DNA of 63,999 bases, counting the filler, from Circinaria calcarea (Eukaryota): NCBI GenBank assembly GCA_051942165.1. It is 5 parts of 5 records of this genome, joined end to end, with 100 filler letters (N's around TTAATTAATTAA, not from the genome) between each part and the next. Parts side by side here need not be neighbours in the genome. Positions count along the whole stretch, not along the records: positions 38,990 to 51,831 come from JAVECS010000535.1; positions 51,932 to 63,999 come from JAVECS010000613.1; 3 more parts are not named here. One strand, written 5' to 3'. The notes below the pieces were generated by a model. That model did no database searches and had not been told where the DNA came from. It was given only the letters and a program-made list of their open reading frames with translations. Positions 46,377 through 57,671 of this stretch are shown piece by piece. A program made the position numbers and the translations under genes. Each line of letters begins with the position of its first letter. Position 1 is the stretch's first letter.

Positions 46377-48099
46377 GCCGTTGCAGTTGCGCTCCCAGAG
46401 CTTGTGCGTTCAGTGACGGGTACCTTGTTGCTGTTTGCCACTGTGGCTGAGCTCCGCTAGCCTGCGTATGCGATGGTGCATGAGTAGCTGCTGGCCGTTG
46501 CTATTATGGAGCTCTGCTTGCCTGCTCAACAGGTTGCTGGTGTTTCGTCTGAGATTACCGCTGTTGCTGGCCTCTGACAGCTTGCGCAATTTGGTGGGAT
46601 TGGCCTGGCCTTGGCTGCTGCCGAGCTCTAAGAGCTTGCTCATCTTGTTGCTGGCGAGCAAGGTTGCGTTGTCTTCCTTCCCAAAGTGTTCTCTCATCTG
46701 CAGCGTAGCGACGAGCTCTATGCATCTCCGCTTGATGTTCCAGGTTCCTCTGGTTTTCCTCATATGCTTGTATCGTTCTCTCCTGCTCACGTGCCTCACA
46801 AGCCTGGGCTTCGAGTTCGCGATCCTTTCTTCGGCGTTTAGCACGCTGCACGTTCTCGTAGTGGATTCGACGATGGTCATGCGGACCATACATTTGAAGT
46901 TTGTTTTCGTCTGCGTCAAAATCACGAACGAGTTCTCGTACAAAGTCACCACTATTAAATAGCGTTTAGATTGGAACGTGGAAAATTTCATCTAAACCCA
47001 GGTGCTCACCATAACTGGTTCTGCAGGTCGAAGGCTCAGTGAACCGCCTCAGGATCGGTCCGTCGAAGAATATCCCGAAATCTCCGAGTGTGCTCGTCTG
47101 TGTTGAGGTTAGCTAAATAGTTCTTCTGGTTAGCTGTTAGCACTAACCAACGGAGAGATCACTGCTACGGGATCCAGGTTGTCTCTCAGCCATGATTGAG
47201 AGTTATCCTGTTCTGGCTGCCTGCTTGATGTCAATTGGAGGGTTAGCTTGGGTCAAATACTGGGCTTGGGGCTAATTGATTTAACTCACCAACGGAAGAA
47301 GTAGATCTTCTACAAAATCGTATGCCTCTCCGTTCTGTACGACTATTACCGTTCTAGCAGCAGAGAGCATTTATGCTAATGAAAAGAATATATTGTAGGA
47401 AGCAAAAAGAAAAGCAAGATTCCAAACTTTTATTTAAATACCCCGAGAGCTTGTATTACACCTGTATTCGATTGATCCTCGGAAATCAGCCTGCTGGGGA
47501 TCCATGAATTACACAAAGTGTTGGACAAATTTCTTGGCAATCATATATAAGCCAGACCCAATGTGCAGGGGGGGCTTGAGGACATATGAAAGTGTTGATA
47601 CGAAGGCTTTGAGAGCAGGTGCTCATTGAGGGAAAATGGCATATTAGGAATTTGATAAAAGGGTATTTACCTAAGAACCTCTTTGGTGATTAATCTGTCT
47701 TTCCGCCAGTACATCTTTCTAGGTCGCTGCTGGATATATACATCTATAACGCCAGAGGTCCCCTAGTTGCAGTCTACTGGTTCAAGCAAGCATAGTTCCT
47801 TCGAACCTCCCCGTTCGTACTATGACTACCCCCAGTTCTTCCCTTTTCGAACCCTTGACATTACCAGCCCCCTTCTAGCTCTCTCTACTCAATTCTATCC
47901 CAGTTTGTGCTGTCTATTGAGGGTGGTAAGGACCGTGGTCCTCGTAATCCAATCGTGTACGAGGGAGGCTGATACATATGAGTCGGACCCAATTCTTCCT
48001 CTGCAAAGCTAACCCGTCGGTCATGACGGTGAAATGTAGTTGGGTGTTGGGCTAGAGTAATCGATATTGTCTGTCTGTTACATAGCACTGCAAAAGACG

Positions 48100-48345
48100 A
48101 CGTCTCTCCCACTCAAAATGATCTGGCCTCTCGTTTGCTTCGATTAGCGATGTTGGAGCTTGTTATTGAAGTACGCTCTGCATGCTGCCGTTTTTCTAGC
48201 TAGCAGTTTTCGTAATGAATCCGGCGATGATCTTGGGGATGATAGCGATGTACGTTTTGCTCATCAATGTAGCACAAACGGTTAATTCCCTCCGCAAACC
48301 CACTATCAATCAACACCGTAGCGGGGACTTGGAAGATGCCCTTAT
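48100..48345 (-). pseudogene. Orphan pseudogene fragment, paralogue 3 (not in the ORF track)
   Basis: Manual translation GIFQVPATVLIDSGFAEGINRLCYIDEQNVHRYHPQDHRRIHYENC*LEKRQ aligns with paralogue 2; TAG at 48200-48202. Confidence 0.65.
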
Positions 48346-50367
48346 TTGGCTTGGGTCGCCTTGCTTCGCTGAATCAAGAGCACAGTGTACCCTCTCAGGC
48401 AGAGTCTGCTGCAGAACCTGTCTCAAAGTAGGGATTTGGTTTGCTGTCCTGATCTTAGTATCGGAGTCATATGATATTGGACACGATATGTACCAGCATA
48501 GACATCGGCTTGGCTAGACCTATGCCGTAAACTATATACATATAGCATTGCATTAGAGGCCGCCTATTTAGAGGCAAACAAATCTCCAATAATATAACTT
48601 AGCTACTTCCCGAAATCCAGAGCTGATCAATAGAGAAGCGATAGAATTGATGAATGCGGGAAAGTAAAACGAAATGGAAAACTAAGTCTAGATATCTTTC
48701 TAGGAGTTGTGTTATCTAGATATCAATTTAACATGATGAATTAACAAGCTCTGAACATCAAGTCGTTGTAGGAATATCAACTTTGCCAATTGTATATAGC
48801 TAGGACGGATGCGTCATTAGGGGATGAAACCTTGACTCGAATAATGTTAGTGGGTGAGCGACGACAGGAAACTGCACCAAGAAACGTATGGTTTGTTGAG
48901 ATATACGGCCAACTCTGGAGACGTATACCTTAATAAAGTTAAGCCGAATCTCGTGCAAGTTGAAGACCATGCGCCGAACTCAAGCAAAGCTTCATCTTAA
49001 TTCGATTTGCGATCTCACCATGAATTTGTAGGTCTAGACGCCAGAGCCTTGACTGATCAAACGCGTCTATACAGAACCCTTTGGCATATTGCTTAGGCAT
49101 CAATATGGAATACATAAGCCGGTGCCATATACCTTTTCGACGTATGAAGCGTGGAAACAATGGCCATGACGTTACTTCTCATCTATCTTGACAGAGCTGA
49201 GCACGTATACTGCTATATAAGTGTTGCGTTGCTTGACTGGTATACAAGCTGACGAAGATCCAAATCCTAGGGGCATTGAAGTCTTGATTTGTCCTTTGCT
49301 TGCGAAGATATTTATGGAAACATAACACTGAGCAAATAGGTTCAATAGCCGTGGTCACTGGGACCAGCAGGTAGGAGAGACCGCCAGGCCAGTAGCCGGC
49401 CCCTGTGGATGAGCGGTTTGTGGGGCGTTTGTCCTTCCCAGATAGGAAAAGCACGAGGCGTTTGACTCCCATCTATCGTCCCAACGTCCTTCAAGAGCGC
49501 TATGAAGCACCCTATCAGTCCCCATCTCGAACTTGAACGCTGGAACTCTTTGGCAGAAGCTCAGGCTGCTGTGCCTTCTCATTCTTTTCGAGGTTTGTTC
49601 ACGTTGCCATTGTTGAACTTCAAGGCAGCGAATTTAGCCAGGGCCATGGGAAATGAGTTTAGTACGATCTGGACGGTACTTGGCATAGTGCGAGTGGGGA
49701 GTCTTCCCGAAGCCTACACGTATTGCGACTACGCCTGACATCGGCCAGATAGCGCCCCTGCAAGAGACAGCCAGCCGGAGAGAAAGACATTCTGCCGGCG
49801 GAGAAGGACGTGGAGGACCAACACGGTTGCTATTTTCGCTTCGGAGATATAGAGGATCAGCTGAACAATCCTGGTGACCGTTATAACCCTATGGAGAGAG
49901 GGACTGTACTATGGGGGGTAACCTGGTTGATTGGGGTGTTGCTAAGTCTAAGTGGTGGGGGAAGACTAAATACTGCAGGTGCTGACTAAGCTCCACACCG
50001 TACCAGCCGCGGTTGCATAACCGTCAGGGATGAATTCATGCCCCTTCTGCCGCTTTGATGATATAATCAGCTAGCGGGCCGGAGGTGCATAACCAGACGA
50101 CCCTTTCTTGGCTTTGTAATCAGCCACAAGGGTCTCTAGAGCACAATTGAGTCGATTCCAGCAGTATAAGGTAGGTACTCGACCTTTTTCAAGCGTTTAG
50201 TTTTAGAAAGTGTTGTATCCAAGTCTATCGCCACTTGCCATTTCCCTTATAATTGGGTTTCGCCGAATGTTGTCTCCCTGTTGATTGAGAGCTTTATATT
50301 GCTTTTTCTTCACACGCGCAGCATTATTGAATATACTATACTGCAGTGCAGACTAGAGTAACGGACA

Positions 50368-51498
50368 ATGTCATTTCCGAGCAGACTTATTTATTCGCAG
50401 CTTCTCTTTACCCCTCCCTATCCTACCAAGCAATTCACCGGACAAACAATCATTGTTACTGGGGCCAACTCTGGCCTTGGGCTTGAAGCCGCACGGCACT
50501 TTGTCCGCCTAGATGCAGAAAAAGTCATACTGGGAGTGCGAAACCTCGACAAGGGCGAGGTCGCCAAGAAATCCATCGAAGCGTCTGAGACGAAGACCGG
50601 TGTGGTAGAGGTCTGGCAACTGGATCTCGCGAGCTATGATTCTGTCAAGAAGTTCGCCAAGAGAGCGGAGGGCCTCAGCAGGCTCGATGTCATGATGCAG
50701 AATGCGGGAATAGTGACAACCAAGTATATGACAATGGAGGACAACGAGTCGTCCCTGACCACGAACGTCATCAGTCCGTTCCTCCTCGGCTTGCTCGTCC
50801 TCCCCAAGCTGCGTGAAACAGCCGTCAAGCTCAACGTCCTCCCTCGCCTCGTCTTCGTCGCCTCTTTCGTCCACTTCCTCACCCAGTTCCCGGAGCAAAA
50901 GGCAAAGAACATCTTTGAAACGCTAAACGACCAGAAAACAGCCAACATGGAGGACAGGTAGTCCAACCCCCTATACACCTTCCCATCTCTAATAACCCAC
51001 TAACCCGCAGTCCTCTGCTCCCTAGATACAACGTCTCCAAACTCCTCGACATCTTCGCCACTCGCGAACTTGCCGCCCTCGCCACCGCATCCTCCAAACC
51101 CGGCCGCCTCGTCATCAACTGCCAGAACCCAGGCTGGTGCGTCTCGGAAATCATGCGTGAGTGGAGCGGCCTCAAGCTTTTGACCTTCAAGGTCTCGAGA
51201 GCACTGTTCGCTCGCACGACGGAGGTGGGCAGCCGAACGCTGATTAACGCGGCCGAGGGCGGCGAGGAAACGCACGGGCAGTACATGGATGACTGTCGAA
51301 TCGGACAGTGAGTATTTTTGTCTCTGGGATACCTTTGTAGCAGAGGATCGAGTGGCATATCACTAACTAACGATCTCATTATTCAGAGTATCTACCCTCG
51401 TCTCGAGCGAGGAAGGGGCAAAGCTACAAAAGAAGGTCTGGGCGGAACTGGCGCAAAAGCTGGAGAAGATCCAGCCCGGTATCATGAAGAATATCTGA
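50368..51498 (+). CDS. Short-chain dehydrogenase/reductase (retinol-DH/WWOX-like), 3 exons
   Basis: IVTGANSGLGLEAARHF, QLDLASYDSV, NAGI, R|YNVSK, NPGWC, ARTTEVGSRTL, HGQYM, KVWAELAQKLEKIQPG. Confidence 0.93.
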
Positions 51499-51520
51499 TG
51501 GCGGAGCTCGTTAGAGCCCA

Positions 51521-51619
51521 ATCTTTGAAGTTAGGAAAGTTATCCTCGTCACAACCATCTGATCTTCTCAATCTTTGAAGCTAGGAAAGCTATCCTCGTT
51601 ACAACCGTCTGATCTTCTG
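51521..51619. repeat. 50-bp direct tandem duplication just 3' of the SDR stop codon
   Basis: atctttgaagYtaggaaagYtatcctcgtYacaaccRtctgatcttct x2. Confidence 0.9.
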
Positions 51620-51831
51620 TTTTTCACCCCAACGACGCCTTCCCCACCCCCTTCTCCCTCCGGGCCCTTTTATCCCATACCACACTACACAAACCCAACC
51701 CAACACTCGCAAATAACTACGCCGAATCCCTCCTCCCTTCCCTATTCAAGCTCAAGCAAGCCAGACTACCCCCTTTCATCTCCCTTTCATCCCCACTCCC
51801 ATCCCGAATCCCCACCATCCCACAGAAATAC

Positions 51832-51931
51832 NNNNNNNNNNNNNNNNNNNNNNNNNNNNNNNNNNNNNNNNNNNNTTAATTAATTAANNNNNNNNNNNNN
51901 NNNNNNNNNNNNNNNNNNNNNNNNNNNNNNN
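51832..51931. other. Artificial contig spacer
   Basis: N44-TTAATTAATTAA-N44. Confidence 0.98.
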
Positions 51932-52823
51932 GGGTTTGGTTGAGGTAGTCTGTTGGTGAGAAGGTGGGGGAGAGGAAGGGTTGGAGGAGGGGGTCGCTGA
52001 CGTGGGTGGATTTGGGCATTGCTGGTCGGAGGCTTTCCTTTGGTCGATGTTGATATGTATGGCTGATGATTCACAAAGATATGATACCTGTCAGGGTAAG
52101 GGTTCTTTAGGGCCAACAGTGGGCCCGGCGCTATGACGGTGTCGGGCACAATAAACCTTAGCGCGAGATTTGGACGACTTCTACCGCACATCTAAATCAC
52201 GCTGGAAAGCTTTCAAGAAGAAAGAAAAAAGCCCTGTAGACTCCGGATTGTGTATTAAGATGTCCTCCCTTTTCCCGTAAACTGTACAGTGTTATGGTTG
52301 ATGTTTCTGGTGGTGTCAAGAAAACGGCACTAAGATTTGTTCTACCTAGCACCATATGGTAGTAGAAGCAAGCGAACGGTCAAGCTGTACTCCGTAAGGC
52401 GCAGGGCGTTGGTGTGGCTGTTGCCTTGAATCTGCCTGAAAGGCTGAAATCCACATCAATCGTCAAATGCAGAGGCGGGGAAGTAAGCAGAAAGCCGCAA
52501 CATAGTGAACGTAATCAGATATGAGACAACGTCGGACAATGATTTGATCAGGAGGAACACTTCAGTGTCAGACACACACAAAGACTCATTTTAAACCTGC
52601 CTAACCGTAAGGTCCTGTAAAAGACCGACCAATCATCCGCCGTGTTGTGAGGGTTTCAACTCACAACCGCTTCAGTCTTTCTTTTGCCTTCCTTCTAGAA
52701 CTGTTCCGGGCTCATGAGTACATTGCTACTCTGTTTTCCCTACCATCATTCGATTCTGCAGACGCAGTCAATACATGCCTACAGCTATTAATCCCTCCAA
52801 TTTTCTCACACAATACCGCAATC

Positions 52824-55800
52824 ATGCCTCGAAAAGCATTTGTCGCCGACCTCCAAGAAGCTATCCGGGCCAACTTGACCGGCTCAAATAATGTACTCGA
52901 CCTCAAGCCGGGCGATGATGATGGTTCCTTTCGATTCAAACACAAAGGTCCAGGGCGAGAGTCCCCACTTGTCGAGATTGAAGCACAGGTTACAGGTACA
53001 AATGATTTCAAGCTTCTATTTGGACCAACGCGGTTTCCACTCGTAGTCAGCTAACAGTGACGCAGAGGTTGGCGATTATCCAACGAACCACTCGTACTTT
53101 GGCTATACGAACTCGGACAATTTGCCCGACGCAGTGGTCGAAGCTCTGGAAGACTTCGGCGTATTTGACGGCATGACAGTACCCTCCATGCTTTGCAAGC
53201 TTGTCAAGAAATTGAACAAAGCTGCTGCTGCACTACGCCTCCATCCCGCAAACTTAGATGAAGATGCCATGGACATCGACTCGCCTGAGGCATCGGACGA
53301 AGAAACTGACGGGGGAGAGAACGGGGAATACCCAAGTTCTGACGACACTGGTGGATATTCACCAAACCATCATTCTCAGAATCCTGCCACTCTTCAACCC
53401 ACAAACACCTTGTCGTTGCACGCTACCACAGCAGCCGAGTACAATTCAAAAATCCGTACCGACCTCCGTCTCGCCAAGGCCGCTGGATTTCGTGTGGGTT
53501 ACTTGGGTAATCTTTTAAATCATGGTCAAGACTGTTATGTGACCCTGTCATGTCGTGTCTCGAAGCTTGGAATCCCGGACGAAGCATTGCAAGCATGGCA
53601 TCTGGACCGGAAGCAATACGTAACCCTTTTAATCCACTACACTGCAGGGTACCGCACTATGGAGCGTCTTAACGGCGATGATCCATCACAGAGCCGGCAA
53701 CGGGTAGAGATGCGTGTTGGTACAAGCCAGAGGTACAAGGTCACTCTGGAAGAAGCCATTGACGCCTTTAGTCAAGTCAAAGATAAAGACAAGAAGAGGA
53801 CACCTCTGCTGAAGATAGAGGAGGGTGTAAACGAGAACGAACCACCTGATATAGGTGCCGGTCTTCATGGTCTCTTCATCAGCCGTCCTTTGAATGAACT
53901 CCTCAACGAGCGTTTGTTGTCCCTACTCCGATATCGAATAGGCTTGGGGATATCATGGAGCGGGGCAGAAGCCTACTACAACGACAACCAGGGACGAAAT
54001 CAGAATGATTCGGATGCCATGGACAACAAGTATTATCACCACGAGGACCATACCCAGTTCGCGGACCATCTACCAGACCTTATAACGTATGACCATCTGG
54101 CCGGTTCCTACGCAAGTAATCTCTCTAAACTATCCTTCCCGCTTTTGGCCATGCAATATATGCTGCGTCACCTCGTTCGATGCACAGAATTTTGTCTGGT
54201 CTGTCATTGTAAAATTGACGCCAACTTTGAAGCGCTAAAACCATATGTCTGTGATAAGCCGTTATGCCTCTACCAATACATGGTAAGTTGCTCTTATCAT
54301 CATCGGCTTTATTCGTTCCTTTGTAGCTAATATCAAGTAGACACTAGGTTTTGGACCGAGTATCGAGTACGAGATTCTATCGCAACCAGATGTCGTTGAC
54401 CTACTTATCAGCTTCTGTTACTCGAGTGCTTCGGCGAATAAACTCAAGAGTCTCCCAATAGGAATGGGACTGATGGTACCCCACCCGTCTTTATTACCAC
54501 CCCGTTCTATTTCCGCATCAACTACCAGACAATCTCATTGGGGCTCTGGTGATAATCCCCCTATTCCGCCGCCAACCCCCTCACCCTTCGAGTCGTTGAC
54601 TGCAAGAAAACGCAAATCGAGGTACGATCGACGCACCTCCGAGCTGATTTTCGGACCGGAGGAGAAGCCACTGAGGACCGGTGACTGGGTTGTCTTGATA
54701 ATTCCTGGTGGGAAACAAGAAGAAAGGCAGCATCGCAGAGTTACCGAAGTGTTCTATCCCGTTGTTCGACTTGGACCCCCGATAACATCTAACGCAATAC
54801 CGCCTCCAAACAATCAGCAACATGTGTATCCACTCGGAGCTCCACTCGGAGCATATAACGCGCAAGCTATAACACCTGCCGCCACACCTCCACCTACAGC
54901 GAAAATAGATTACCCAAACGCAGATCTATCCTTCTATCAAGAAGTCGAATACATTATCTACGACCAACTGTTCGATGAACTTACGGATACCGGGAAGCTC
55001 GCATCGATGCTTAGTCTGCTTGATACACTCCCAAGCGTTCACGAAATGAGAGACTTTCTGGGTGCTGCCGGCCGAAAAGAGACGTCCCTCCGGGAATGGG
55101 CTGATAGGATATCTCCAGCAGCGTTGGGTGTTCTTCGATGGATCATTGCTTCCAATAGGTCGTGCATCATCCAAGGCGACACCCTCTACGGAAGCTCGAG
55201 TCGACAGGAGGACCGGGTGGTAGGGATGAGCTCGTACCTTCAGTTCCGGTTTGCTCAAGGCGCCCCAGATAAGGAGCAAAGATTTGTCACATCGGTTCGT
55301 GATACCACCGCGCGTCTGGGTTTGAATTATCCAACAGTGTTTGCATGGCACGGTAGTCCGTTGGCGAATTGGCATGGCATTGTCAGAGAAGGTCTACATT
55401 TTAAAGATACATTACATGGCCGCGCTTTTGGCAACGGAGTGTACCATTCATTAGACGCTTCAACCAGTCTTGGCTACAGCGGCTCATACGGTCAGTACAG
55501 GGAGTATGACTCCACAGGTTATTCAGGATGGCCTCAGAGTCATTTAAGAATCACACACGCGCTTTCTTTGAACGAAATCGTTAACGCACCGCAAGAGTTT
55601 GTGAGTAAAACACCACATCTTGTGGTTGCACAACTTGACTGGATTCAAACACGATACCTTTTTGTCAAAGGTACCACTGCGGAGACTTCTACCGTAGAGA
55701 AGACCCCAACTCAAGTTTTCGAACAGGACCCAAACTACCACCCGCTTGGTCCTGCTCGTCAGAAGATAATCATACCAATCACGGCAGTGAGCAAGTCAAG

Positions 55801-56719
55801 GCGCCCGGCGAGTAAGTCAGTGAAGAACGGTAGCAAGAGGTCGAAGGTCGTTGCCCTTGCAGAAGACGAGCAGGAGCTACTTTCCAGTGATGCCACCGAT
55901 ATTGAAGACGTCGAAGTTCTATCGTCTGAAACAGAGAAGATCGAGGAGAAAGGGAAGGGCAAGTCTATCGATTTATCCACGGGCAAGAACATGTTTGATA
56001 GTTCGAAAACCGACTTCTTGCCGGGTAGCCTGGACCACATAACTTTGCCCTTGCTAGAGCCGCCTTCGTATGCGACTACCCAAGCGACCAGATCGCTACA
56101 TTCTGCTCTTCAGGCCATGATCAAAACCCAAGAGACCCATCCAGCTCACGAGCTCGGTTGGTATATCGATCCAGGACTTGTTGGGAATGTCTACCAATGG
56201 ATCGTCGAGCTTCACTCGTTTGAATCACACCTCCCTTTGGCAAACGATATGAAAGAAAGGGGCTTGAAAAGCATCGTGCTGGAAATTCGATTCGGAAAGG
56301 AGTATCCATACAGTCCACCTTTCGTTCGAGTCATCCGCCCACGGTTCTTGCCCTTCATGGCAGGCGGTGGAGGCCACGTTACCGGGGGCGGGGCCCTGTG
56401 CATGGAGCTTCTCACCAACAATGGCTGGAGTGCCGTCTCCAGCATTGAGTCGGTCCTGCTACAGGTGCGCCTGGCCATATCCTCGACCGATCCCAAGCCT
56501 GCCCGTCTCGAGCGAGGACGGGTGGGGGAGTATAACATTAATGAAGCCATCGAGGCATTCCAGAGGGCTTGCCGTACTCACGGGGTATGTTCTTTTCCGC
56601 CCGGATTGGCTGCGCGTGCTAATGACATGTAGTGGAAGATACCGGACGATCTCAAGTCATTCAACCCGGGGACGGCAGAGCGGTTTGATGGGAGCTGGGG
56701 ATCTTCCCAAAGGCGTTAA
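52824..56719 (+). CDS. Fungal PARP-like ADP-ribosyltransferase / UBE2Q-type ubiquitin-conjugating (E2) fusion protein, 4 exons
   Basis: MPRKAFVADL start; Cys-rich RCTEFCLVCH...PYVCDKPLCLYQYM; ART motifs FAWHGSPLANWHGIVREGL..GRAFGNGVY, LSLNEIVN; E2 YPYSPPFVRVIRPRF...GGGHVTGGGALCMELLT..GWS. Confidence 0.9.
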
Positions 56720-57671
56720 GCGAACACGACGGATGATGAGTCACTTGGAGTCAGGCTGTCACTTGGAGTCATTGGGTGCGGCGGATGGGACTCTGGCGTA
56801 GAGACCGTTTGGCGATTGCTCCAACAAAAGGGTCTGCTGTAGATGTGATGGATGAATTTGATGCGCAGCTCTGGTGTGATGTATGATAGATGTCGGACGA
56901 ATGCAACTATTGAAAGCTCATTCCATCTCATTGGGTCTATGGATTTCCCGGTTTGGATTTCACCGGCGGTAGTAGAAGGATTGCAATGCGCACGTACGAG
57001 TCAGATACCTTGCACGGTGACTCGATTGTGTCAGCCAGTAATCTGGTTACCTTACTGAACCCTGTCTGCTTATCCACACTTCGCAGCGGGACGGCTACGG
57101 TGAGAAGTGGCATGGATTCCCCTTATCGCCGTTATCGCCGAATGACAAAGGGGTAACTCCGCGAGAAACTCTCTCCCCATTGCCCTCAGCAACTTCGGTC
57201 TACGAAGGTAATGACCCGATTCTTCTTGGCGATGCATTCAAGCGCCCCAAGATGGTCCAGTAGGGCCATCAAAGCGTCCGAGTCATGTAGTGAGCCAATT
57301 GGTAATCTGCATGGGGTCTGATGCTAGTGGTTGAAGGCTTTGAAATCAAAATGTTGTGACGACGCGACAACCGGAAAGTTTGGAGTGAAATGCTATATCT
57401 GCGGCTTCACCCTCAGGTACTATTTTCTAGAGTAGCATGCGCATAGGCAGTAATCAAGCTGACCCTTCTTTCTCACAAATTCGTATTACTATACCTCTTG
57501 TAAACTTCGCGCTCTTCCCCATTGCCCTTCCCCGGCATTGCTGCTCAATCAGCAATTTTGATCCGTTTGTACTCTCTTTGATTGTGGAAAGAAAACTGAC
57601 TTGGGATCGCCTTTCTGTGACCTTGTGTCTGACGTATCAGCACATTGACGCTCATTATCAATCTGAGCACA

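Larger units (their letters stand above)
45370..47370 (-). pseudogene. Orphan pseudogene, paralogue 2 (DHRRIHYEN family), disrupted by stops and a 609-bp insertion
   Basis: ATG 47370 and canonical introns; IFHVPI*TLFNSGDF...YGPHDHRRIHYENVQRAKRR then a Q/R/E coil; in-frame TAA at 46966-46968 and 46555-46557; element inserted at 45768-46376. The 3' boundary is approximate. Confidence 0.6.

Noticed and set aside
46410..46991. 193-aa and 175-aa ORFs listed in the ORF track
   Set aside because: Alternative-frame or antisense shadows of the Q/R-rich pseudogene, whose true frame is fixed by homology to the 48.2-kb paralogue
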